NCBI GenBank assembly: GCA_046309815.1
Contig: JBKCOJ010000007.1
Location: 26,179 to 90,178, forward strand
Length of the DNA: 64,000 nucleotides
Direction: 5' to 3'
Source: Pseudomonadota bacterium
GTDB taxonomy: Bacteria; Pseudomonadota; Alphaproteobacteria; Paracaedibacterales; CAITNM01
Below are positions 56,325 to 64,000 of the stretch, piece after piece. Position numbers and translations under genes: made by a program. How positions within the stretch are numbered: position 1 is the first letter of the stretch; each line of letters opens with the position of its first letter. Under the pieces are notes generated by a model that saw only the letters and a list, made by a program, of their open reading frames with translations, had not been told where the DNA came from and made no database searches.

Positions 56325-57447
56325 GTTTTTCTCCCGAAAGAGCTTCCTCAGGTGCGATGTAGCTTAGACTCAAGCTTTCCGCTACAACTTTATGGGTAAC
56401 GTGACCCTTGAACACATTCAAACCATTTAATAAGTGCTTGTCACTTAGAAGAGATTGCTTGTAGCCCTTATTTGCTAAAGCCATCGTAAATGGTAGTGTT
56501 GCGTTGTTTAAGGCAAATGTTGATGTACGAGCAACCGCACCTGGCATGTTTGCCACGCAATAGTGAAGAATACCATCAACTTCGTAGTATGGATCGGCGT
56601 GCGTTGTGGCACGGCTGGTTTCAAAACATCCACCTTGGTCAATTGCAACGTCAACAAGAACACTGCCTGGTGTCATGGTTTTTAACATGCTACGTGTTAC
56701 AAGACGTGGAGCTGCTGCACCCACTACAAGAACTGCACCGATGACAAGGTCAGCTTTTGCGACAAGACTTTCAACGGTTGCCTGCGTTGAGAATGCTGTT
56801 TTTAAGCGACCCATGAACATCCAGTCTAATTCGTTGAGACGCTTTAGGTTACGATCAACGATGGTAACATCAGCACCAAGCGCTGTTGCCATACGTGCAG
56901 CGTTTGCACCAACAACACCACCACCAAGCACGACAACTTTTGCTGGCACAACACCTGGAACGCTTCCAAGAAGCATACCTTTGCCGCCTTGGCTTTTTTC
57001 AAGCATCCACGCACCAACTTGCACCGACATACGGCCAGCAACTTCGCTCATTGGCGCTAGAAGTGGTAAACCACCGCGTTCATCAGTCACTGTCTCATAA
57101 GCAATGGCTACGCATTTAGAATTCACAAGACCTTTTGCTTGCTCTGGATCTGGAGCCAAATGGAGATAAGTAAACAAAATTTGGTTTTCGCGTAAAAGTC
57201 CATATTCGCTAGGTTGAGGTTCTTTAACCTTTACAATCATATCGGCTTTATCAAAGACTTCCTTAGCGTTGGAAAGAATTTTTGCGCCAGCCGCTTTATA
57301 GTCATCATCCGTTAAGCCAATGCCATTACCTGCATTTGTTTCCACGAATACTTCGTGACCTGCATTAACTAATTCTTTAACAGATAGCGTTGTTAAACCC
57401 ACGCGATACTCGTGATTCTTTATTTCTTTTGGAACACCAATTTTCAT
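56311..57447 (-). CDS. ald: alanine dehydrogenase
   Basis: MKIGVPKEIKNHEYRVGLT start at ATG 57447, so the track ORF is over-extended to 57549. NAD fold VVVLGGGVVGANAA. Confidence 0.9.
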   Translation of the reverse strand: MKIGVPKEIKNHEYRVGLTTLSVKELVNAGHEVFVETNAGNGIGLTDDDYKAAGAKILSNAKEVFDKADMIVKVKEPQPSEYGLLRENQILFTYLHLAPDPEQAKGLVNSKCVAIAYETVTDERGGLPLLAPMSEVAGRMSVQVGAWMLEKSQGGKGMLLGSVPGVVPAKVVVLGGGVVGANAARMATALGADVTIVDRNLKRLNELDWMFMGRLKTAFSTQATVESLVAKADLVIGAVLVVGAAAPRLVTRSMLKTMTPGSVLVDVAIDQGGCFETSRATTHADPYYEVDGILHYCVANMPGAVARTSTFALNNATLPFTMALANKGYKQSLLSDKHLLNGLNVFKGHVTHKVVAESLSLSYIAPEEALSGEKLAAA

Positions 57448-57730
57448 GTATTTACTTAATAAAAAACGATACATTTTAATAGCCGGTTCAATAAAAAATT
57501 TCAATAAAAGAATGGAATTTCTGAAAACGTAGAATGCAGAATTTGCCAAAATGAGTGTTCATAAAGTTCTTGCCACCAACAAACATTTTAATAAATTAAC
57601 GAATAGGCAAGCAGAACATAAAAATCTCGTTGAGGAGCGCCTTCTAAAATAAAAAATTTCTTTCGATAGCCTAATGACATTATTATGCCAAATGGCTATA
57701 ACTTGGGCATTGTCTTAACAAGAAATCCCT

Positions 57731-59608
57731 ATGTTACGTTTATCTTTCATTGCCCTTGCCGCTTTTTGTTTTTCTTTAGCGGCAGAAAAAAACCATGCAA
57801 TGGCACGATTTGGTGCCCCTTTATACTCAAAGGACTTTAGTTATTTTCCCTATGTAAATCCCAACGCACCAAAAGGTGGAACGTTACGATTAGGAACAAT
57901 TGGTACGTTTGATACATCAAACCCGCATGCAATTAAGGGTACAAAAGCTGAAGCTGGCTTGATGTTATGCCTTGATCCTCTGATGATGCGCAATAGCGAA
58001 GAACCATTTACGCTTTATGGGCTAGTTGCTGAGTATGTAGATGTGGCCGCAGATAATTCGCAAATCACTTATTATCTTAACCCTCACGCAAAATTTCATG
58101 ATGGCACCCCAATTACTGCAGAAGATGTAAAGTTTACGTATGAATATCTGCGTGACCAAGGAAATCCTGCGTATAAACACTACTATAGTAAAATCGAAAA
58201 AATTGAGATTATTGATACGCTAACAATACGGTTAACGCTTAAGAAAGAAGAAGATGGAAGATATAATTCCGAGCTTCCGTTTAATTTATCTTTATTGCGT
58301 CCTTTGCCAAAGCATGCACTAGAAGGAAAAGAACTTGCATCTGTTAATTTTCAGGAATGTCCTTGTTCAGGTCCCTACAAAATTGGCGAGGTAGATTTAG
58401 GTCACAGTATTACTTACGAGAAAGTTCCAAATTACTGGGCAGAAAACCTGAATCTAACAAAAGGTATGAACAACTTTGACAAAATTCGTATTGATTACTA
58501 CAAAACAACGCAGGCACAATTCCAGGCATTTACGGCGGGTGAGTTCGATGTGTTCTTTGAAACGAATCCGTCAAACTGGGAAACAGGATATGATTTTCCA
58601 GCAATTAAGGAAGGACGCGTAAAGAAAGTAGACTTATCGCACGAGCGCCCTGTGGCTGTGCGTACGATCTTGCTCAATTTGAAAAAGCCTATTTTTGCTG
58701 ATTGGCAGGTTCGTAAGGCTCTTGCTTTAGCATTTGATTTTGATACGTTAAACAAGATGATTTTCTCAGGATCGATGTGTCCTGTAGATAGTTTGTTTGC
58801 CAACACCAGCCTTGCGCATAAGGGTGCTGCTGAAAGTGAAGAACTTAATATACTTGAAGCATTTAAAGACAAGGTTCCCGCTGAGCTGTATGAGCCAATG
58901 GTTAAAACAGGATTTATGCCTGCTCGCACAAAAGGCGATGGAGATCAACGTGAAAACCTAGATCAAGCAGGAAAATTATTAGATAGCGCAGGTTGGATTA
59001 TTAAGGATGGTATGCGCGTAAACAAAGCTGGCGAAAAGCTCAAAATCGAAATTATGTATAAAGATTTGAAGCTTGAAAAGATTGTATTGGCATTCAAAGA
59101 AAGTTTGCGCAAGCTTGGTGTTGAGCTAATCGTGCGTGTGATGGATAACGCTCAGTATGAAAACCGTGTAACGGATAGAGATTTTGATATGATCATCCAC
59201 ACCTGGGCAAACGGCACAAGCGCTGGGAATGAGCAAATGCTTTACTTTTCACAAAAATCTGCAGAGGTTTCTGGAAGCAGCAATTATAACGGCTTGAAGG
59301 ATCCTATTGCTGAGCAGTTAGCTTTAAATGTTACCGAAGCAAAAACACCTGAAGAGCTTGCACCGAGAGTACACGCTCTAGATCGTTATATTATGTGCAT
59401 GTATTACCAAATTCCGTTGTTTTACGATAATAAAAACAGGTTTGCGTACTGGGTGGATAAGCTGGCGTTTCCAGAAGTGCATCCAAAGATTGGCACGAAC
59501 GTGATGGCGTATGCGTGGCAGCCAGAAGGAGTGCAATCTGCGGCGACAGAAGAAAAACCAGGATTCTTTGCAAAGCTTAAGAAATTTTTCCAGTCGTTAG
59601 CTGGTTAA
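57731..59608 (+). CDS. ABC transporter substrate-binding protein, family 5 (YejA-like peptide binding)
   Basis: Signal peptide. PYVNPNAPKGGTLRLGTIGTFDTSNP is typical of YejA-type SBPs. No permease or ATPase genes are adjacent. Confidence 0.82.
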   Translation: MLRLSFIALAAFCFSLAAEKNHAMARFGAPLYSKDFSYFPYVNPNAPKGGTLRLGTIGTFDTSNPHAIKGTKAEAGLMLCLDPLMMRNSEEPFTLYGLVAEYVDVAADNSQITYYLNPHAKFHDGTPITAEDVKFTYEYLRDQGNPAYKHYYSKIEKIEIIDTLTIRLTLKKEEDGRYNSELPFNLSLLRPLPKHALEGKELASVNFQECPCSGPYKIGEVDLGHSITYEKVPNYWAENLNLTKGMNNFDKIRIDYYKTTQAQFQAFTAGEFDVFFETNPSNWETGYDFPAIKEGRVKKVDLSHERPVAVRTILLNLKKPIFADWQVRKALALAFDFDTLNKMIFSGSMCPVDSLFANTSLAHKGAAESEELNILEAFKDKVPAELYEPMVKTGFMPARTKGDGDQRENLDQAGKLLDSAGWIIKDGMRVNKAGEKLKIEIMYKDLKLEKIVLAFKESLRKLGVELIVRVMDNAQYENRVTDRDFDMIIHTWANGTSAGNEQMLYFSQKSAEVSGSSNYNGLKDPIAEQLALNVTEAKTPEELAPRVHALDRYIMCMYYQIPLFYDNKNRFAYWVDKLAFPEVHPKIGTNVMAYAWQPEGVQSAATEEKPGFFAKLKKFFQSLAG

Positions 59609-59620
59609 GGTTTAGTAGTT

Positions 59621-59659
59621 AACTGGGTCCCGCTATCAAGTAGCGGGACGCCTTATATC
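59621..59659 (+). repeat. dispersed hairpin repeat, H3 subtype
   Basis: aactgggtcccgctatcaagtagcgggacgccttatatc (stem CCCGC/GCGGG). Confidence 0.72.
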
Positions 59660-59789
59660 TGATTCATTATAAAATATCCCTTCAATAATTGTGATAAAGC
59701 AGGAACTCTCAGCTAGCACTAAAATCTTCTTCACTTTTGGCAAACATGTTGTTAGCTTAGGCGAACGAATAGAAGAATAATTAAATCAC

Positions 59790-60230
59790 ATGCGCTTAGC
59801 CCTTTATCAACCTGAGATTCCACAAAACGTCGGCACGCTGATCAGGCTTGGCGCGTGTGTAGGTGTGCCGATTGATATTATTGAACCTACGGGTTTTGTG
59901 TGGAGCGATAAGCATTTGAAACGTGCGGGCATGGATTACGTAGAGTTAGCTAATGTTAAGCGTATTGAGAGTTGGGATGCATACAAAACATTGAATGATT
60001 CTAAGCGTATTGTTTTGATTGATACTAAAGCCGATACAATTTTTTGGGATTTGAAGTTTAAACCTGATGATATTTTGATGTTGGGTAAGGAAAGTTCGGG
60101 CGTACCGGATGAAGTGTTTGCGGAAATTCCGCATCGCGTACGAATTCCCATGTTGCCTGACAGACGCTCTTTGAATATGGCTATTGCCGGTGCTATGGTG
60201 CTTGCAGAAAGTTTACGCCAAACTAGATAA
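59790..60230 (+). CDS. trmL: tRNA (cytidine/uridine34-2'-O)-methyltransferase
   Basis: SpoU/TrmL: LYQPEIPQNVGTLIRLGA, LGKESSGVPDEV and RSLNMAIAGAMVLAE. Confidence 0.88.
   Translation: MRLALYQPEIPQNVGTLIRLGACVGVPIDIIEPTGFVWSDKHLKRAGMDYVELANVKRIESWDAYKTLNDSKRIVLIDTKADTIFWDLKFKPDDILMLGKESSGVPDEVFAEIPHRVRIPMLPDRRSLNMAIAGAMVLAESLRQTR
60189..60220 (+). repeat. 32-nt perfect direct repeat, left copy (3' end of trmL)
   Basis: ggtgctatggtgcttgcagaaagtttacgcca is identical to 60631..60662. Confidence 0.95.
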
Positions 60231-60269
60231 CAGCACGATACAGAATATTTTATTTAAGAGAAAGCTTTT

Positions 60270-60491
60270 ATGTGTAAATTATTTTTAGGGATCTTTTTAT
60301 TGAGCGCATGCGCTGCGGGATTTTCAACAGACATGGCGGCAGTTGGGCAAGAAATGGCGTTAGAGAATGCTGAAATGGTTGCTGAAGGAATTGTCGATGA
60401 AGTAACCAAAGACAAATATCCTGATCAGCAAGATGAAGATTCTGATAAATCAGAAGCAGAAAAGCCTGCCAAAAAGAATGAAGTAAATTAA
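60270..60491 (+). CDS. small acidic lipoprotein
   Basis: MCKLFLGIFLLSAC has lipobox LSAC. It lies inside the segment bracketed by the 32-nt direct repeat. Confidence 0.45.
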   Translation: MCKLFLGIFLLSACAAGFSTDMAAVGQEMALENAEMVAEGIVDEVTKDKYPDQQDEDSDKSEAEKPAKKNEVN

Positions 60492-60559
60492 TACGTCGGC
60501 GTTTGCGTCTCTCCCCAAAAAAAATGTTGCGGAATCAGCTTTGCAATAGCGATATTACC

Positions 60560-60596
60560 CACTGAATACCGTTCTTCAACGGGACGTCGTCTATTT
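60560..60596 (+). repeat. dispersed hairpin repeat, H1 subtype
   Basis: cactgaataccgttcttcaacgggacgtcgtctattt. Confidence 0.7.
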
Positions 60597-60630
60597 AGAA
60601 GGGTTGAACTGCTTGAACCAAGTTATTACG

Positions 60631-60662
60631 GGTGCTATGGTGCTTGCAGAAAGTTTACGCCA
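60631..60662 (+). repeat. 32-nt perfect direct repeat, right copy (5' end of hemF)
   Basis: Identical to 60189..60220. The flanking tattRcS upstream is also similar. Confidence 0.95.
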
Positions 60663-61531
60663 GGTTCGATGTGAGCATCCCTCCCTTTTATGCTGATGAA
60701 TTGCACGCGTGGTATTCAGATTTACAAAATCAAATTTGCCATGCTTTAGAAACGATTGAACAAGAATCGTTAGCACTACCACTGTATGATCAATGGCAAC
60801 CCGAGACGTTTGAAAAACGCAGTTGGGACTATAGCCAATCGGGTGGCGGGCAAATGCGGGTTTTGCAAAACGGTCGTGTGTTTGAAAAGGCCGGCGTGAA
60901 TGTTTCATGCGTATGGGGCGAATTTTCTAAAGAATTTGCGAAAGAAATTCCCGGTGCTGAAGAAGATCCGCGCTTTTGGGCAAGTGGAATATCGCTGGTG
61001 ATTCATCCACGGAATCCTTATGTTCCTATTGTACACATGAATACGCGCCACATTGTCACCACAAAATCATGGTTTGGTGGAGGAGCAGATTTAACGCCGA
61101 GCATGCCGCTTGAAGAAGATACAGCAGCGTTTCATCAAGCATTTAAAGAGTGCTGTGATAGCCATGATGCAGGGTATTATGATCGATTTAAGCAATGGTG
61201 CGATGAGTATTTTTATTTGAAGCATCGTAAAGAAATGCGCGGTATTGGGGGCATTTTCTATGATTATGTCAATACAGGCGATTTTGAAGCGGATAAGGCT
61301 TTCAATAAAAGTGTGGGAGAAACTTTTCTTAAGGTTTATCCAAAAATTGTCCGGCGAAGAATGGAAATGACGTGGGGAGATGTGGAAACGCAAAAGCTTC
61401 AGCATAAGCGTAGTCGCTATGTAGAATTCAATTTAATTTATGATCGGGGCACACATTTTGGATTAAAAACCGGAGGGAATACCGATGCGATTTTGATGTC
61501 GATGCCCCCATCCGCAAGCTGGGCTGCTTAG
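60632..61531 (+). CDS. hemF: oxygen-dependent coproporphyrinogen III oxidase
   Basis: RSWDYSQSGGGQMRVLQNGRVFEKAGVNVS, HPRNPYVPIVHMN and GGIFYD motifs. The exact start is uncertain. In-frame GTG/TTG candidates lie at 60632 and 60644 inside the duplicated 32-mer and at 60674 just downstream of it. Confidence 0.88.
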   Translation: MLWCLQKVYARFDVSIPPFYADELHAWYSDLQNQICHALETIEQESLALPLYDQWQPETFEKRSWDYSQSGGGQMRVLQNGRVFEKAGVNVSCVWGEFSKEFAKEIPGAEEDPRFWASGISLVIHPRNPYVPIVHMNTRHIVTTKSWFGGGADLTPSMPLEEDTAAFHQAFKECCDSHDAGYYDRFKQWCDEYFYLKHRKEMRGIGGIFYDYVNTGDFEADKAFNKSVGETFLKVYPKIVRRRMEMTWGDVETQKLQHKRSRYVEFNLIYDRGTHFGLKTGGNTDAILMSMPPSASWAA

Positions 61532-61532
61532 T

Positions 61533-61577
61533 AGAGATGGCTCTTGGCGCCTGCTTTCGCAGGCTCGGGATGACAAG
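61533..61577 (+). repeat. dispersed hairpin repeat, H4 subtype
   Basis: gagatggctcttggcgcctgctttcgcaggctcgggatgacaagc. Confidence 0.7.
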
Positions 61578-61586
61578 CAAATTTTA

Positions 61587-62441
61587 TTAGGCTGCTGCAG
61601 CTACTGATCCTTCAGCTGGAGCTTCTATAGGTTTTGGTATTTTAGTATCAATCGTGCTACTCTCTGGAACTGCTGCTTCTATAGCTTTTTCAGGTGCTTT
61701 AGCTTCAGCTGCTGGCGTCTCTTTAGCATCGCTGCCTACTGCAGGAGCTTCTGGTGTTTTTTCTGCAGAAGAAGACATCGACGCTGAAGCAAGAGCATTG
61801 ACTATACTCGCTGCTGGCTTTTCTTCTTTATGCTCAACCTTAGTTTCTTCTTTTTTAGGCTCTTCTTTAGCTTCAGCTGGTTTTGTCTCTTCCTTTTTTT
61901 CTTCTTTTTTAGGTTCTGGAGCTGGGGTTGGCTTTACGGCAGTGTCTGCTTTTCCTTGCGCTTTCAAAAAGCCTTCCACTTCGTCTTTCGTTGGGCAAAT
62001 GTTAAAAACTAAACAATCTCCATGCCTTTCAATAACCGCATATAATTTTTTATCCCCCGCTTGGAAATCAAAATCTACCGGGCCATTACCCCCCGCCAAT
62101 TTTTCTTCTGCTGACGTCATGACAGGAGCTAAAACCGGTTCAACTGCTTGACCAATTTTATCTTTCTTTGCGTGCGCTTCGCGCTTGTAAGCTCCATCTG
62201 ACTGCTTTTTCAAAACAACCACATAACTTTGATCATCTGTTTCAATTTCAGGCAGCTTGTCATCTTTTTTTTGCTGCTTTTCGTTGATTTCCTTTAGAGC
62301 ATCTGATTCCGAATTCTTAAAAGCTTTTTCTATCATTTCAGCACGCTGCGCTAAAGTCGAAAGGCCGGCAAAACCGTCGCTTATAGAAGCAAGCAATAGA
62401 CTTATAAGAATTTTTGATGTCATAACTAAAGAAATCTCCAA
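61587..62441 (-). CDS. hypothetical secreted protein with Lys/Glu/Pro/Ala-rich low-complexity C-terminal half
   Basis: Signal-like MTSKILISLLLASISDGFAG (alternative start 62423). PTPAPEPKKEEKKEETKPAEAKEEPKKEETK tract. Confidence 0.5.
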   Translation of the reverse strand: MEISLVMTSKILISLLLASISDGFAGLSTLAQRAEMIEKAFKNSESDALKEINEKQQKKDDKLPEIETDDQSYVVVLKKQSDGAYKREAHAKKDKIGQAVEPVLAPVMTSAEEKLAGGNGPVDFDFQAGDKKLYAVIERHGDCLVFNICPTKDEVEGFLKAQGKADTAVKPTPAPEPKKEEKKEETKPAEAKEEPKKEETKVEHKEEKPAASIVNALASASMSSSAEKTPEAPAVGSDAKETPAAEAKAPEKAIEAAVPESSTIDTKIPKPIEAPAEGSVAAAA

Positions 62442-62673
62442 AAGGTGTCTTAATGATAATCCTACAAGAAGATTTTAGTAATTGTAAAACTTTTTTGATA
62501 AAAAAAATTAAGTATAAGAACTTCGCGTATTTAGAAATTTTCAGTCTCAATTTTCAAGTAAACAGATTAAAAAAAACGCTTCAGATGCCTATAGCTTTTT
62601 TCATGAAGGATTTCATAGCTTAAAAACTTTGCAACTACCACTCAGACGCACTGCATACTCTCTCTGTAATTAG

Positions 62674-64000
62674 TTAGAGTATTCTACGCCTTTTTGTAGC
62701 TGGATATTCCAGCGCCTTCTCTGCTTGGTATCGAGTGATTTCTGCTTGGTATTGATTAGGATGTAGGTGGGCTAATCGCTTTATCAAGCAATGGACTGCA
62801 TTATTATTCGATACAAATTGCAATATTGGGTCTGTAAAATGTTGCATAAGAGTGATAAGATTTTGCGACGGCACCTTATTTAATTCGAACATCACGTTAC
62901 ATTTATCTGCTCCATCCATGTTCAGGGAGAGGCGATTTAATGCTGTTTCAAAATCGGAGATTAAATGGCCTTCTGATACCTGGCTTAATCCACTAATCAT
63001 CCAACATTTATTATGAGGTGACATGTTCAGTGTGAGGCGATTCACAGCGGCTTCAAATTCCGATAATTTTTGTTTTGTCCCATCTAAAGCTATAATCACG
63101 TCTATTTTATCTGCTCCACTCATGTCCTCTGAGAGGCGATTAAAAGTTGCTTCAAACTCCGGTAAATCAACTTCTGAAATGTCCCTTAATATATCAACAG
63201 CTGAACTTTGATACTCTCTGTCTTCTTCGTTTATACCCTGTAAGAAGCGACTAGCAACTTTTTGTAAACGTATAGCCCTATCAATTTCTGCTTGGTATTG
63301 ATTAGGTTGCATAGGCGCTAATCGTTTTATCAACTCAGTAACTTTTTCTGTATCTCTACTTAATACAATTTGCAGTACTGAATCTGTAAAATGTTGCATA
63401 AGAGCAGTAAAATTTTCTACTGGCACCTTATTTAATGTATCAATTATCTCACCTTTATCCTCTCCATCCATATTCAATGAGAAGCGATTCACAGCAGCTT
63501 CAAATTCAGGTGTTAAACGCTTTGTTGGTACATCGCGTAATCTAAAAAATATGTGACGTCTATCCTTTTTTCTTATATTCAGTGAGAAGCGATTCACAGC
63601 AGCTTCAAATTCTGGTAATTCCTTTTTTTGCACCTTTGCTACTAAGGTTTTAAACAAGAAACCTTTATCGTCTTCTCTCATTCCCTTTAAAAGTCGACGT
63701 GCAGCGCCTGCAACTATTTGTAAATCTTGGTCTGTTGACAAGAGACCTAATGCCTCGATCATGCATGCTATGGTATTTGCTCTCATGCCCGGTGAGAGTC
63801 TCTTTACGATTTTTTTAAATTTTGGGGTGAAACGCTCGGTAGGTATTTCTTTTAGTACGCCAAGCATCCTGGCTTCTTCTGCTGCAGACATATCTGCAGG
63901 GATACCTAATGAAGAGTAACGAGTATATGCTAAACATTCTTTTGCTTGGGAACATTCTTCTATACTACAAAATACATAAGATAATCCTAAGTTAAGAACT
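62674..64000 (-). CDS. 34-residue helical-repeat protein, family member C (probably continues past the right edge)
   Basis: Units LPEFEAAVNRFSLNIRKKDRRHIFFRLRDVPTKR / LTPEFEAAVNRFSLNMDGEDKGEIIDTLNKVPVEN / LSEFEAAVNRLTLNMSPHNKCWMISGLSQVSEGH. The frame upstream of ATG 63891 stays open to position 64000 (…LGLSYVFCSIEECSQAKECLAYTRYSSLGIPAD-M). Confidence 0.58.
   Translation of the reverse strand, partial: VLNLGLSYVFCSIEECSQAKECLAYTRYSSLGIPADMSAAEEARMLGVLKEIPTERFTPKFKKIVKRLSPGMRANTIACMIEALGLLSTDQDLQIVAGAARRLLKGMREDDKGFLFKTLVAKVQKKELPEFEAAVNRFSLNIRKKDRRHIFFRLRDVPTKRLTPEFEAAVNRFSLNMDGEDKGEIIDTLNKVPVENFTALMQHFTDSVLQIVLSRDTEKVTELIKRLAPMQPNQYQAEIDRAIRLQKVASRFLQGINEEDREYQSSAVDILRDISEVDLPEFEATFNRLSEDMSGADKIDVIIALDGTKQKLSEFEAAVNRLTLNMSPHNKCWMISGLSQVSEGHLISDFETALNRLSLNMDGADKCNVMFELNKVPSQNLITLMQHFTDPILQFVSNNNAVHCLIKRLAHLHPNQYQAEITRYQAEKALEYPATKRRRIL

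Noticed and set aside
56606-57100. 164-aa and other ORFs antisense to ald (56490..57119)
   Set aside because: Ala/Thr/Pro/Arg-rich translation is typical of the reverse frame of a conserved gene. ald on the minus strand is secure.
1-64000. Search for tRNA, rRNA, tmRNA, RNase P or SRP genes in the larger intergenic gaps (e.g. 40799-41055, 49258-49473, 53258-53476, 57550-57730, 59609-59789)
   Set aside because: I could find no cloverleaf-compatible acceptor/T-arm pairs or conserved RNA boxes by eye. This is a weak negative and should be confirmed with tRNAscan-SE or Infernal.

Overview
This is a 64-kb chromosomal window from an AT-rich bacterium, about 40% GC by eye. The housekeeping backbone has an alphaproteobacterial flavour: a stand-alone alpha-type rpmG, plus cydA, lepB, tsaD, rsmA, pepP-like, dksA, dnaB, tyrS, dusB-fis-rsmD, ddl-ftsQ, rdgB, ald, trmL and hemF. 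I saw no rRNA, tRNA or CRISPR array. The backbone is interrupted again and again by lineage-specific genes. Most of these encode Sec-signal-bearing repeat proteins (Sel1-like, MORN/YwqK-like and several unclassified helical repeats). That pattern is typical of obligate intracellular symbionts or pathogens of protists, and this organism assignment is inference only. The points most worth a second look are: (1) A fragmented type VI secretion system. An orphan vgrG is tightly coupled to an acidic MORN-repeat gene, and tssF-tssG lies 11 kb away with no tssE, hcp or tssBC in the window. (2) Between those two T6SS pieces sits a tandem pair of large secreted paralogs. They carry OTU-type Cys, variable-loop and His boxes split by 400-500 aa insertions, which makes them candidate eukaryote-directed deubiquitinase-like effectors. 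A Rpn/PD-(D/E)XK nuclease gene lies next to them. (3) A three-member family of secreted proteins is built from 34-residue helical repeats that alternate between two subtypes. (4) A dispersed superfamily of intergenic hairpin repeats has conserved flanks and interchangeable stems. Every copy I recognised points the same way on the + strand, and the copies sit at junctions between core and accessory genes. (5) Several sequence-level rearrangement scars are visible: a 32-nt perfect direct repeat bracketing a 442-bp insertion between trmL and hemF, a promoter-plus-signal-peptide cassette shared by two unrelated gene bodies, and a ComEC-like metallo-beta-lactamase gene split by a frameshift. All functional calls rest on motif recognition by eye, because no database search could be run.
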